From positions 64,001-128,000 of the forward strand of contig JAYZFK010000062.1 of the NCBI GenBank assembly GCA_036336835.1: a stretch of DNA of 64,000 bases. Reading direction: 5' to 3'. A model generated the notes under the pieces. The model made no database searches. It was given only the letters and a program-made list of their open reading frames with translations, and was not told the DNA's origin. Source of the DNA: Myxococcota bacterium. Lineage in GTDB: Bacteria > Myxococcota_A > UBA9160 > UBA4427. Shown here piece after piece: positions 21,787 through 31,868 of this stretch. Both the position numbers and the translations under genes were made by a program. Each line of letters opens with the position of its first letter. The first letter of the stretch is position 1.

Positions 21787-22380
21787 CTAGGGGCCGCAGC
21801 GCGGGTCACTCGAGCGGCGGCCGACGACCCAGCGCCCATCCGATCGAAGCGTGACCTGGACCAGCCCGCCGAGTGCGGGCTCGCTCTCTGGCGGCGCCTC
21901 GCCGCACAGCCGCTCGACGATCCTTCGCACGACTCCCTTGTGCGCAACGACCAGCATCGAGCGCGCTCGCCGAGCGAGCATCCGCTCGAGCCCTGCCTCG
22001 ACGCGCGCCCGGAAGCTCGCACGGCGTTCGCCTTCCGGGAACTCGAAGCCTGGCGCTCCCTCGCGCCACAGGCGATACAACGAAGGATCGCGCTGCTCGA
22101 TCTCCTCGGCGGTGAGCCCCTCCCAGCGACCAAAGTCGATCTCGCGAAAGTCTGCCTCGAGCACGATCGGGGCCTGCGGCCTGACGATGCGCGCACCCTC
22201 CCAGGCACGTGCGAGCGGGCTCGCGACCACCAGATCGATGCCGTCGTCCGGCAGCGCGCGCGCCGCCTCGCGCATCTGGGCGCGACCCAGCGGCGAAAGC
22301 GCGACGTCGGTCGCGCCGTGGAAGCGGATGCTCGACTGGCCGTCGGTCTCACCGTGGCGAAGCAACAGGATCCGGCTCAT
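21787..22380 (-). CDS. Histidine phosphatase (phosphoglycerate mutase/CobC-like)
   Basis: LLRHGET, SPLARA, REIDFGRWEG, VAHKG; GGAGGAG RBS before ATG 22380. Confidence 0.88.
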   Translation of the reverse strand: MSRILLLRHGETDGQSSIRFHGATDVALSPLGRAQMREAARALPDDGIDLVVASPLARAWEGARIVRPQAPIVLEADFREIDFGRWEGLTAEEIEQRDPSLYRLWREGAPGFEFPEGERRASFRARVEAGLERMLARRARSMLVVAHKGVVRRIVERLCGEAPPESEPALGGLVQVTLRSDGRWVVGRRSSDPRCGP

Positions 22381-22564
22381 GGCTCCTCCAGAGGTTCTCG
22401 AATCATCGGGAAGGGCGTGCCCGGGGTCAACGAGCGATAGACTCCACGCCGGAGGATCGATCGGGGGGTCCAATGGTGCACAGAGGCCTGGTTCTGATCG
22501 TTCTCGCGGTCCGCTCCGCTGAGTCGGCACCGAGGTGGCCCCGGCTGGGCGCCGAAGCCACGCC

Positions 22565-23659
22565 GTGAACCCCGACGCGACGCATCGGCGACGCATTCGG
22601 CGGCTGCGCGCCGCGCTGCTGGAGTGGTATCACGCCAACCGCCGCGATCTTCCCTGGCGCCGCTCGCGAGATCCCTACGCGATCTGGATCTCGGAGACGA
22701 TGCTGCAGCAGACGCGCGTCGAGACGGTGATTCCGTACTACGAGCGATTTCTCGAACGCTTTCCGAGCGTCGACGTGCTGGCCGACGCGGACGAGGACGA
22801 CGTATTCTCGGCCTGGGCCGGCCTGGGCTACTACTCGCGTGCACGCAATCTGCACCGCGCTTCGAAGCAGATCGCGAGCGATCACGGCGGCGAGCTGCCG
22901 CGCAGCGTGGCGGCGCTGCGCGCGCTTCCGGGCATCGGCCGATACACCGCGGGCGCCCTCGCCTCGATCGCTTTCGACGCGCCCGAACCGATCGTCGACG
23001 GCAACGTCGTCCGCGTGCTCACACGGCTTCACGGAATCCGCGAGGACACCGCGATCCGGTCGGTAATCGATCGTCTGTGGGACGAGGCAACGCTGCTCGC
23101 CCGAGGCGAGAGCCCGGGCGATCTCAACCAGGCGCTGATGGAGCTCGGGGCGCTCGTGTGCACGCCCCGCACGCCCGACTGCGCGGCGTGCCCGCTGGTG
23201 CGCAGCTGCAACGCGCATGCCCGTGGTGACGCCGAGGAGCTGCCGATCAAGACGAAGAAGACGAAGCCGCTGCCGATGGAAGCGGCCTGCGCAAGCATCG
23301 AGCGGCGCGGCAAGCTGCTCGCAACCCGGCGCCCTGAGAAGGGACTGATGGCAGGGATGTGGGAGCTCGCCGGTGGGGATCTGCTGCCCGACGAGGCACC
23401 CGAAGAGGGCTTCCACCGCGCCCTGCGCGAGCGGACCGGGCTGGCTGTCAAACGCGCTGAATCGATTGGCGAGATCGGCCACGCGTTCACGCACCGCACG
23501 CTGCGCTTGCACGTCTTCCGCTGTGGTCCGCCGACCGGTCGCATTCGACTCCGGGGCCCGACGGCACACCGCTGGGTGAGCCGGATCGAGCTCGAACGGC
23601 TCGCGCTCGGCAAGGCCACGCTCAAGGCGCTTGCGCTGCTCGACGAGCACCGGCGATGA
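22565..23659 (+). CDS. mutY: A/G-specific adenine glycosylase
   Basis: RRDLPWR, WISETMLQQT, GLGYYSRARNL, LPGIGRYTA, CxxxxxxCxxCxxxxxC 4Fe-4S motif, NUDIX-like C-terminus. Confidence 0.95.
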   Translation: MNPDATHRRRIRRLRAALLEWYHANRRDLPWRRSRDPYAIWISETMLQQTRVETVIPYYERFLERFPSVDVLADADEDDVFSAWAGLGYYSRARNLHRASKQIASDHGGELPRSVAALRALPGIGRYTAGALASIAFDAPEPIVDGNVVRVLTRLHGIREDTAIRSVIDRLWDEATLLARGESPGDLNQALMELGALVCTPRTPDCAACPLVRSCNAHARGDAEELPIKTKKTKPLPMEAACASIERRGKLLATRRPEKGLMAGMWELAGGDLLPDEAPEEGFHRALRERTGLAVKRAESIGEIGHAFTHRTLRLHVFRCGPPTGRIRLRGPTAHRWVSRIELERLALGKATLKALALLDEHRR

Positions 23660-24156
23660 GCGGCAAGGACCGCGACCCGCCGTCCGACGAGTTTGCGAGC
23701 GCGCTCGGCGGTGTGAATCCGATCTCTGATCGGAGCAAGCGGGTACACAACCCCTCGCGGCCCGCCGGCGGCCCGCCCGCCGAGAGCCACCCAGATCCCT
23801 TCGTGCATCCCGACCCGGCCGAGCCGCGCTTCGCCCACCGCCAGCTGGCGAAGCAAGCCACCGTCGCTCGACTGCGCAGCGGCTCACTCGAGCCCCAGCG
23901 CCGGATCGACCTTCATCAGATGCGCGCCGAGCCCGCTCGGCAGGCGGTGGCACAGGCCATCGAGGCGACAGCGCGCGCGGGGAGCTCGGTCCTGCTGGTC
24001 GTGCACGGCCGCGGTCGACACCATGGCGGGGTCAGCGTGCTGCGCGAGGAGCTTCCGGGGTGGCTCGAGGCCATCGATCGGGTCGTCGCCTACGCACCCG
24101 CGCCCGGCCGGGACCGCGGCACCGGGGCCACGCTCGTGCTGATCCGCTCTTCCTGA
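23656..24156 (+). CDS. Smr (small MutS-related) domain protein
   Basis: IDLH..., LVVHGRG, GTGATLV. Confidence 0.85.
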   Translation: MSGKDRDPPSDEFASALGGVNPISDRSKRVHNPSRPAGGPPAESHPDPFVHPDPAEPRFAHRQLAKQATVARLRSGSLEPQRRIDLHQMRAEPARQAVAQAIEATARAGSSVLLVVHGRGRHHGGVSVLREELPGWLEAIDRVVAYAPAPGRDRGTGATLVLIRSS

Positions 24157-24210
24157 GCGCCGGGCGGACCGGCGACAGCGCGGTACAGTGGAGCGCGACA
24201 GGGGCAACGG

Positions 24211-25296
24211 TTGAGCAGCACCTTCGGAAAGATCTTTCGAATCGCGACCTTCGGCGAGTCGCACGGCGGCGGTGTGGGGGTCGTGATCGAGGGCTGCCCA
24301 CCGCGGCTCGAGCTGGATGTCGCCGAGATCCAGCGCGATCTCGACCGCCGACGTCCGGGCCAGAGCAAGCTCACGACGCCCCGGCAGGAAGCCGACCGGG
24401 CCGAAATCCTGTCGGGCCTGTTCGAGGGCCGGACCCTCGGCACGCCGATCAGCGTCCTCGTGCGCAACACGGACGCCCGACCCGCGGCCTACGAGCCCAT
24501 GAAGGATATCTATCGGCCCTCGCACGCCGACTTCACCTACGAGGCGAAGTTCGGCATCCGAAACTGGCAGGGCGGGGGGCGCGCCAGCGCGCGGGAAACG
24601 ATCGGCCGGGTCGCCGCGGGCGCCGTGGCACGCAAGCTGCTGCGCGAAGTGGCCGGCATCGAAGTGCTCGCCTGGGTCGCGCGCGTCCGCGAGGTCGAAG
24701 CCAAGCTCGACGCGCTGCGCGTGACGCTGGGCCAGGTCGAAGGCAACGCGGTGCGTTGTCCGGATCCGGAGGCCGCAGCCGAGATGGAGCGCCAGATCGA
24801 CCTGGCGCGCAAGGCGGGCGACTCGCTAGGCGGCGTCGTCGAGTGCATCGCGCGCAATGTCCCAGCAGGTCTCGGCGAGCCGGTCTTCGACAAGCTCGAG
24901 GCCGAGCTGGCGCGGGCGATGTTGTCGCTGCCCGCCTCGAAGGGCTTCGAGATCGGTAGCGGGTTCGCCGGCACGCTGCTGACAGGCAGCGAGCACAACG
25001 ACCCGTTCGTCTCGGACGAGCAGGGCTCACCGCGGACCACGACCAATCGCTCCGGCGGTGTGCAGGGCGGCATCAGCAACGGTGAGGCGATCCAGCTGCG
25101 CGTCGCATTCAAGCCGACGGCGACCATCCGATCGGCTCAGCAGACGGTGGACCGCGACGGCAAGGCCGTGACCCTCGAGGCACAGGGCCGACACGACCCG
25201 TGCGTGCTGCCGCGCGCCGTCCCGATGGTCGAGGCGATGGCCTGCCTGGTGCTGGCCGACCATCTCCTGCGCCAGCGCGTCGTCGACGTGCTCTAA
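24211..25296 (+). CDS. aroC: Chorismate synthase
   Basis: [33 protein letters not shown]. Confidence 0.98.
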   Translation: MSSTFGKIFRIATFGESHGGGVGVVIEGCPPRLELDVAEIQRDLDRRRPGQSKLTTPRQEADRAEILSGLFEGRTLGTPISVLVRNTDARPAAYEPMKDIYRPSHADFTYEAKFGIRNWQGGGRASARETIGRVAAGAVARKLLREVAGIEVLAWVARVREVEAKLDALRVTLGQVEGNAVRCPDPEAAAEMERQIDLARKAGDSLGGVVECIARNVPAGLGEPVFDKLEAELARAMLSLPASKGFEIGSGFAGTLLTGSEHNDPFVSDEQGSPRTTTNRSGGVQGGISNGEAIQLRVAFKPTATIRSAQQTVDRDGKAVTLEAQGRHDPCVLPRAVPMVEAMACLVLADHLLRQRVVDVL

Positions 25297-25405
25297 CCGG
25301 CTGCCGGCAAGCTTTGCGGCGCGGTCGCCCCAACCGGCCCTGGATCTCCCGAGCGGAGCGCGATTGGTTGCAGCCTCTGGCGGCACCACCGATCGAGAAG
25401 AAGTG

Positions 25406-25846
25406 TCAGGGCAGTAGCACGAAGCCGCTGGCAGCCGCGAGGGCGGCCAGCAGCACAGCCAGCAACGCAATCCGTGCGTGCAGCGGCCGAGCGGCCGTCA
25501 GGCCTTGCTCGAGACGGTGACCGACGAGCGCAGTAGTGACGAACGTCGCGAGCGTCGCGACGCCCACCCAGGAGTGGAACGTAAGGAACGGCGTCCAATC
25601 GCGCAGCAGCCAGGAAGACAGCGGCCCGCCGAGCGCGCCGACTGCGATCAGCGCGACGGCCGGCTTCCCAAGCCTCAGGTGTCGGCGCCGCAGCGCGACC
25701 CGGCCGGGCTGCGAGTGCCGCCGAAGACGGCGCAGCTCGAGACCCGCGCGCAGCGTCAACCCCGCGAGCCCGAGCGAAACCGTCATCCAGGCGGGATGGA
25801 GCCAGGCCAGCCAGCGGTACAGCGCGTCGTGACCTGCGGGGTCCAG
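25406..25846 (-). CDS. DUF4079-like membrane protein (start uncertain)
   Basis: Hydrophobic helices with conserved-looking His residues (LHPAWM, RRHLRLG, FHSWVG, LHARI). First ATG at 25786; the frame stays open to 25846. Confidence 0.55.
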   Translation of the reverse strand: MDPAGHDALYRWLAWLHPAWMTVSLGLAGLTLRAGLELRRLRRHSQPGRVALRRRHLRLGKPAVALIAVGALGGPLSSWLLRDWTPFLTFHSWVGVATLATFVTTALVGHRLEQGLTAARPLHARIALLAVLLAALAAASGFVLLP

Positions 25847-26572
25847 CTACTCGACCTTGTGCACGCCGTCGCTCGGCAGTCTGTCGAGCAGCGAGGCGAT
25901 TGCGCGCTCGAGGTAGGCTCTGTCACGCGACTCGAGCGTGAGGAGGACCCGATAGTGCTCCTCGCCGATGCGCGGGTAGGAGCCGAGCATCAGCTCCGGA
26001 AACTCGCCGAGCAGATCGTTCAGCGAGTGGGCAATGTCGTGCTCGCGCAGGGTGACGAAGACGCGGCGCAGATGGAACGGAATGCCACGGAAGCGCTCTC
26101 GGATCGACTGGAACTTCTTCTGCAGCAGCTCCGGGATACCGGGGAAGATGTGGACGTTCTCGACCACGACGACGGGAAACCATAGATCGCCCGAGTCGAT
26201 CAGCACCGCGTTCTCGGGGATCATCGCCATCTTGCGCTGACTCTCGTTGGGCGGCTTTCCCTGTGCCCGCTCCATCCGCTCGACCATCGAGGCATTCTCC
26301 ACGATCGGACGATCGAACGCCCTGGCGACTGCCTCGAGCGTCATGTCGTCGTGAGTCGGACCGATGCCTCCCGACGTGAAGACGTAGTCGTAGGCAGTGC
26401 TCATCGCGCGCACCTCGCTCGCGATCAGATCCACCTCGTCGGGGATCGTCAGGATGCGTTCGAGATCGACGCCTAGCTCCCGCAGCTCTCTGGCGAGATA
26501 GGGAGAGTTGGTGTCGATTACCTTGCCCGAAAGGATCTCGTTCCCGATCACGAGCAGGCCGGCGGCGGGCAT
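25847..26572 (-). CDS. Molybdopterin-binding (MoCF_biosynth/CinA N-terminal-like) protein
   Basis: IGNEILSG..DTN, TSGGIGPTHDDMT, FPGIP. Confidence 0.85.
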   Translation of the reverse strand: MPAAGLLVIGNEILSGKVIDTNSPYLARELRELGVDLERILTIPDEVDLIASEVRAMSTAYDYVFTSGGIGPTHDDMTLEAVARAFDRPIVENASMVERMERAQGKPPNESQRKMAMIPENAVLIDSGDLWFPVVVVENVHIFPGIPELLQKKFQSIRERFRGIPFHLRRVFVTLREHDIAHSLNDLLGEFPELMLGSYPRIGEEHYRVLLTLESRDRAYLERAIASLLDRLPSDGVHKVE

Positions 26573-26747
26573 CCCGGCATCCTAGCAGGAGGGGAACTCG
26601 CGCACTGACGCGATGATGCGGGTTCGGGCGGGCGAGGGCGCGCCGATCTCAGGCCCTTTCGGCGTCGTCGCGGCGTGCTCGTCTCGGTCGATCCCACCTG
26701 TCACGATCTACGACCTTGGGGGGGCTATCCTGGACGCCGTGAAATCG

Positions 26748-27032
26748 ATGGCTTGCAAGATCCAGTTTCTGCCTTCGGGGGCGATCGCTCGCGTCTCCGC
26801 GGGGACCTCGCTGCTGGAGGCTGCGCGATCGGTCGGGCTTCCGGTTGCCAGTGCTTGCGGAGCGGACGGGCTCTGTGCTCGCTGCGGAATGCAGATCCTC
26901 GAGGGCGACGCGGGACGCGAGACGCCGGCAGAGGTCGAGATCAAACGGTCCAACCGGATCGATCCGCAGCATCGACTGGCGTGCCGGATCCGCGTCACTG
27001 GCGATCTGGTCGCCACGGCGACCTACTGGTGA
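26748..27032 (+). CDS. 2Fe-2S ferredoxin
   Basis: CGADGLCARC ... RLAC. Confidence 0.85.
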   Translation: MACKIQFLPSGAIARVSAGTSLLEAARSVGLPVASACGADGLCARCGMQILEGDAGRETPAEVEIKRSNRIDPQHRLACRIRVTGDLVATATYW

Positions 27033-27415
27033 CCGCGGCCGGAGACGAGCGCCTGGCGATCGTGCTGATCGACCACGGCAGTAGGCGCGCGGAGGCGAAC
27101 GCTCAGCTCGAGGAGCTGCGCAAGCGGGTGGCCTCGCAGCGACCCCGGGCTCGCGTGCTCACAGCCCACCTCGAGGTCGCCGAGCCAGGTCTGCAGCGGG
27201 TGATCGACGACTGCGTCGCGGACGGCGCGACCCGGGTCGTCGTCCATCCCTTCTTCTTGTCGCCGGGCCGTCACACGCAGCAGGACATTCCCGAGCAGAT
27301 GCGAGCCGCGCGCAACCGGCATCCGAATGTTGCAATCGTCCAGAGCGAGCCGCTCGGCCTGAGCGATGAGCTGGTGGACCTCGTGCTGGCGCGGATCGAC
27401 GAGGTCGCTGGTTAG
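27029..27415 (+). CDS. CbiX/SirB-type sirohydrochlorin chelatase (short form)
   Basis: DHGSRRAEAN, HPFFLSPGRH, EPLG. Confidence 0.85.
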   Translation: MTAAGDERLAIVLIDHGSRRAEANAQLEELRKRVASQRPRARVLTAHLEVAEPGLQRVIDDCVADGATRVVVHPFFLSPGRHTQQDIPEQMRAARNRHPNVAIVQSEPLGLSDELVDLVLARIDEVAG

Positions 27416-27436
27416 CGGCCCTGCCGACAGTCTTCC

Positions 27437-29152
27437 CTAGCGTCGCGTCGTTGCCGTGCGCGCGCTGCCCTCGATGTAGCGTTTGCCGAGCGGCGACAGG
27501 TCGCGGCCGTCGACCCGAACGTCGATTATCGCGAAGCGCTGCAGCGAGTGCGCCTCGTGCAGCGAGTCGCGCAGCTCGCCCACGGTATTGACGGCAAAGC
27601 CGGCCCCGCCCCAGCCGTTGGCCATCTCGGCGTACGGCCAGTTCGGTATCTCGAGCAGACCCTGCTGAGTCGTCACAGGCCGGAAGATCCCCCAGCCGCC
27701 GTTGTTCACGATGACCACCAGAGGTGACAGCCTCTTCGGGACAGCGTGGGCGATCTCGACCCCCGTCATCTGGAAGCCGCCGTCTCCACAGAGAACGAGC
27801 GGCCGGATACCGGTCGCGATCTGCGCACCCATCGCGGCTGGCACGGCAAAGCCCATCGAAGCGTAGAAGCCCTGCGCGAAGTAGTTCCCCTTGCCGTGGA
27901 GCCGCAGCTCGAGGCCTCCAAAGAGCATGTCCCCGCTCTCGGCCACCACGTGGTAGTCGGCGTGCTCGGCCAGGAAGTCGTTGAGCTCGACCAACAGGTC
28001 GTTGACATCGATGGTGCGCGAGCGCGGGAGCCTCCCGCTTGTCGGGCGCTTGAGGTTGTCGTAGTAGCTGATCCGTTCGCGGCGCCGTGAAACCTTCGCC
28101 CGCGACAGCGCCCGAACGAACTCGCCGAGGGTTACCTCGCTGTACTCGTGCTGTGAGATCGCGACTCGCCCGTCGACGGCCCAGATGGAACGCTCCTCTG
28201 GGACCGACCAGCGAGACGCTCCGAGATTCAGATCCGTCCGATGCGAACCGAGCGCGAGCACGAGGTCGGCCTGCTTGACGCGCTTCTGGATCGCCGGGTG
28301 CGAGGCGCCCCCGATCGAGATTCCCATGTGCAGCGGATGACTCATCGGGAAGACGCCCTTGGCGAGCACCGTAGTGACGACGGGCGCCCCGGTGTTCTCG
28401 GCAAAGCGTCGGAAGTCTCGATCGGCCGACTCGCGGAACAACTCGACGCCGGCGAGCAGCAGAGGACGCCTAGCGGCGCGCAGGCGATCGAGCGTCTCGG
28501 ACACCGCTTCGGCGAGCTTCTTGCGGTTCGAACGCGGCCGCGGGAACTTGCCGTCCCAGTCGCACAGCCACTGCGGCACTGGAATCTTCTCGTCCACCAG
28601 ATCGCGGTGGATCTCGAGGTAGCCGGGCCGATGCTCGTGCACGATCGCGGCGACGGTGGCGTGGATCTGCTCGGCCGCGAGTTCGGGACGATCGATGATC
28701 GCGGTGGCACAGCACACCTCGTCGAAGATTCGCGACTGTGCCTCGACATCCTTCACCTGGTGGTGGATCAGCGCCACCTTCTGCTCCGCCTCTCCGGGCC
28801 CGCCCGAGACGACGAGCAGGGGAACACGCTCGGCGTAGGCACCGGCGACGGCGTTGACGACGTTGTGCCCGCCCGCTCCGTACGTCACGCACACGACACC
28901 GAGCCGGCGAGAGGCGCGCGCGTAGCCGTCGGCGGCGAAGCCGACCGCCGGCTCGTGCGAGAACGTCACGATCTCGAGTCCGCGCGCGCGGCCGAAACGC
29001 TGGAACAAGCCGAGCACCAGATCGCCGGGCAGCCCGAAGATCTGCTCGACCCCGGTGCGCTCGAGATAGGCGACCAGGAAGCTGCCGAGCGCCATGTTGG
29101 GCCGGATCGCGGCGACTCGATCAGAGCGGCGTCGACGCAGTCTTCTGGTCAT
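27437..29152 (-). CDS. TPP-dependent alpha-keto acid (indolepyruvate/phenylpyruvate-like) decarboxylase
   Basis: FGLPGD, HEPAVGFAADGYAR, HH pair, GDGGFQMTG..NNGG TPP-binding motif. Confidence 0.85.
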   Translation of the reverse strand: MTRRLRRRRSDRVAAIRPNMALGSFLVAYLERTGVEQIFGLPGDLVLGLFQRFGRARGLEIVTFSHEPAVGFAADGYARASRRLGVVCVTYGAGGHNVVNAVAGAYAERVPLLVVSGGPGEAEQKVALIHHQVKDVEAQSRIFDEVCCATAIIDRPELAAEQIHATVAAIVHEHRPGYLEIHRDLVDEKIPVPQWLCDWDGKFPRPRSNRKKLAEAVSETLDRLRAARRPLLLAGVELFRESADRDFRRFAENTGAPVVTTVLAKGVFPMSHPLHMGISIGGASHPAIQKRVKQADLVLALGSHRTDLNLGASRWSVPEERSIWAVDGRVAISQHEYSEVTLGEFVRALSRAKVSRRRERISYYDNLKRPTSGRLPRSRTIDVNDLLVELNDFLAEHADYHVVAESGDMLFGGLELRLHGKGNYFAQGFYASMGFAVPAAMGAQIATGIRPLVLCGDGGFQMTGVEIAHAVPKRLSPLVVIVNNGGWGIFRPVTTQQGLLEIPNWPYAEMANGWGGAGFAVNTVGELRDSLHEAHSLQRFAIIDVRVDGRDLSPLGKRYIEGSARTATTRR

Positions 29153-29727
29153 CGTTCTCCTCCATCTTGCCTCGCGCCAGGCAAGCCGCGAGCGAGCTCC
29201 CACCAGTAGAGACCGGCGATCACCAGGGCATGGTCGACGTCACCCGCGCGCACGCGCTCCAGGAGCTCGCCCCTCGCCAGGAGTTCGACGCGGGTCTCCT
29301 CTGCGCCCTCGTTCGCAATTTCCGCGACGCGCGTACAGGCCGTGGCGAGGAAAGTATGGACCCGGTTGTCGAACAGCGCGGGATTCGGGCTCACCCGGCC
29401 GAGGGAGACTACATCGCCGGCTCGATATCCAGTCTCCTCGAGTAGCTCGCGGGCGGCGGCCGCGGCCGGCTCCTCGCCGGGGTCGACCATGCCTCCAGGA
29501 ATCTCGAGCGTCACCTCGCGCGAGCCGTGACGAAACTGCCGCACCATCACCACCTGGTCGTCGGGCGTCAGTGGCACGACGTTGACCCAGTCCACGGACT
29601 CGATCCGGTAGAAGTCGTGCGGCCGGCCGGTGCGCGGCGAGCGGGCCCGGGCGCGCACCACGTTGAAGATGCGGCAATCCTGGAGGGTCTCCTCCTCGAG
29701 TAGCGGCCAGATTTCGGGTTTTGACAT
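29149..29727 (-). CDS. NUDIX hydrolase (ADP-ribose pyrophosphatase-like)
   Basis: Nudix box GGMVDPGEEPAAAAARELLEETG. Confidence 0.92.
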   Translation of the reverse strand: MSKPEIWPLLEEETLQDCRIFNVVRARARSPRTGRPHDFYRIESVDWVNVVPLTPDDQVVMVRQFRHGSREVTLEIPGGMVDPGEEPAAAAARELLEETGYRAGDVVSLGRVSPNPALFDNRVHTFLATACTRVAEIANEGAEETRVELLARGELLERVRAGDVDHALVIAGLYWWELARGLPGARQDGGER

Positions 29728-29785
29728 GCGGCAAAGTTAGCCCTCCCAGCCTGCTAGCCTGCGACCCCGTCAGGAGGGCCTCGCC

Positions 29786-31852
29786 ATCGACCCCGGATCG
29801 GCAGCCGGCCCGCGCGGCCGCGACAATCACCTCTATCTGGTCGTCCTGGCGATCGCAGTAGGTCTGGTGGGCGCGATCGGCGCGGTGTTGTTCCGGCTGA
29901 TGATTCGCAGCGTAACGGCCGTGGCGTTCGAAGGAGCCGACGGCTTCGCAACGCTGGCCGAGGAGGGAATCCTCGCCGAAGCGAGCGATCCGTTGCACGC
30001 GGCGCAACGGATCGCCTGGTACTGGAGCATCATCATCCCGACTGCCGGTGGGCTCGTCGTCGGCCCGCTCGTCTGGTTCTTCGCTCGCGAGGCGCGGGGT
30101 CACGGCATTCCAGAGGTGATGAAGGCCGTGGCGCTGCGCGGCGGTGTGATCCGGCCGCGGGTCGTCTCCATGAAGGCAGTGTCTTCCGCCGTCACGATCG
30201 GCACGGGAGGATCTGCCGGGAGCGAGGGGCCGATCGTCCAGATCGGGGCCGCGTTCGGGTCGATGCTCGGCCAGATGCTCGGTGTCCGCGTCCGAGAGGT
30301 CCGCACGCTCGTCGCGTGCGGTGCCGCAGCGGGCATCTCGGCGACCTTCAACGCACCAATCGCCGGCGCGTTGTTCGCTGCGGAGGTGATCGTCGGAGAC
30401 TTCGCGGTCGCACAGTTCAGCCCGATCGTGATCTCTTCCGTCGTTGCGACCGTCGTCTCGCGCTTTGCTCTCGGCAACCATCCCGCATTCCCGGTCCCCG
30501 AGTACGAGATCGTGAGTCCGTTCGAGATCGCACCGTACATGGTCGCAGGCGTCGTCGCCGGGCTGGTGGGTGTCGCCTTCATCCGCATCCTCGTCTTCAC
30601 CGAGGAACGGTTCGAGGCGCTGGCGATTCCCGACTACCTCAAGGCGGGACTCGGCGGCGCACTCGTCGGAACGATCGGCATCGCCCTCCCGCAGGTATTT
30701 GGCGTTGGCTACACGACGATCGGCGCGGCGCTCGCCGGTCAGCTGACCGCGGGAGTGCTGGCCGCCCTGCTGGTCGCCAAGCTGCTCGCGACTTCGATCA
30801 CCCTCGGATCGGGCGGCTCGGGGGGCATCTTCGCCCCCTCGCTCTTCCTCGGCGCAATGACCGGCGGCGTCCTCGGTAGCTTCATCCACCAATGGTTCCC
30901 CGACGCCACCGCGACATCGGGTGCCTATGCCCTCGTCACGATGGGCGCGGTGGTCGCAGCCACGACCCAGGCTCCGATCAGCGCCATCCTGATCATCTTC
31001 GAAATGACGCAGACCATCGAGATCATTCCAGCCCTGATGGCGGCGTGCGTGCTCTCGACACTCGTCTCGTCGCAGCTGTCGAGCGACTCGATCTACACGG
31101 CCAAGCTGCGACGTCAGGGGATCGACATCTTCAAGCGCGACGACCCCAACGCCCTCAAGGCGCTGTTCGTGCGCGACGCGATGGATCACGAGCCAGAGAT
31201 CATCCCGGCCAATGCGAGCTTCCAGACACTGCTCGACCTCGTCGTCAAGAGCCGTCATTCACAGTTCTTCGTGGTGGACACGCAGTCGAAGCTGCTCGGC
31301 GCCATCGCCCTCGACGAGGTACGGCGGCTGATCTATGAGGGCGACGCACTGACGGACGTGGTGGTCGCCGGCGACCTCGTCGAACGGAGGCCCGTGCTCA
31401 AGCCCGACGACGACCTCGACCTCGCATCACGCCTGTTTGCCGCGACGCGCGTGCACGAGATCGCGGTCGTCCACCGCGACAACAAGCAGCGTCTGATCGG
31501 CACGCTCCACGACTGGGAGGTAGTCGAAGCGCACGGGCGCGAGATGATGCGGCGCGACCTCGCGGGCGGCCTCGGTGCGAGCATGACGGCCGTCGGCCAG
31601 GGCGGACGCATCGACCTCGGCGGCGGATTCGCGTTGCAGCAGATCACCGCGCCGCCGAGCGCCTTCGGCCGCTCACTTCGCGATCTCGAGCTGCGGCGGC
31701 AGCTCGGCGTACAGGTGCTGTTGATTCGCGCGATGCGCAGCGGTGCCGTGCGCGTTCCGGGATCCGACGATCTGGTGATGGAGGGCGATGCGCTGGTCGT
31801 CGCCGGATCGGTCGAGGCCATCGACTCGCTCCAGCGGCTCGCAGGAGCCTGA
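29786..31852 (+). CDS. CLC chloride channel/antiporter with CBS pair and C-terminal TrkA-C (RCK-C) domain
   Basis: GHGIPE, GSEGP, FNAPIAG, GGIFAP, SIYT motifs. Probable ATC start at 29786 behind AGGAGG; the ORF track start is 29867. Confidence 0.9.
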   Translation: MDPGSAAGPRGRDNHLYLVVLAIAVGLVGAIGAVLFRLMIRSVTAVAFEGADGFATLAEEGILAEASDPLHAAQRIAWYWSIIIPTAGGLVVGPLVWFFAREARGHGIPEVMKAVALRGGVIRPRVVSMKAVSSAVTIGTGGSAGSEGPIVQIGAAFGSMLGQMLGVRVREVRTLVACGAAAGISATFNAPIAGALFAAEVIVGDFAVAQFSPIVISSVVATVVSRFALGNHPAFPVPEYEIVSPFEIAPYMVAGVVAGLVGVAFIRILVFTEERFEALAIPDYLKAGLGGALVGTIGIALPQVFGVGYTTIGAALAGQLTAGVLAALLVAKLLATSITLGSGGSGGIFAPSLFLGAMTGGVLGSFIHQWFPDATATSGAYALVTMGAVVAATTQAPISAILIIFEMTQTIEIIPALMAACVLSTLVSSQLSSDSIYTAKLRRQGIDIFKRDDPNALKALFVRDAMDHEPEIIPANASFQTLLDLVVKSRHSQFFVVDTQSKLLGAIALDEVRRLIYEGDALTDVVVAGDLVERRPVLKPDDDLDLASRLFAATRVHEIAVVHRDNKQRLIGTLHDWEVVEAHGREMMRRDLAGGLGASMTAVGQGGRIDLGGGFALQQITAPPSAFGRSLRDLELRRQLGVQVLLIRAMRSGAVRVPGSDDLVMEGDALVVAGSVEAIDSLQRLAGA

Positions 31853-31868
31853 GCCCTAGTCCCTGGGC

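Noticed and set aside
29728..29785. Fluoride riboswitch upstream of the CLC gene
   Set aside because: No GGCGATGG...CGCC-type motif; the gap is short and the protein lacks CLC-F signatures.
29240..31258. 672-aa minus-strand ORF, and similar long antisense ORFs at 19095-20837, 41865-43403 and 44351-45766
   Set aside because: They lie opposite well-supported genes (CLC, acs, cofG, sir) and have shadow-type composition.
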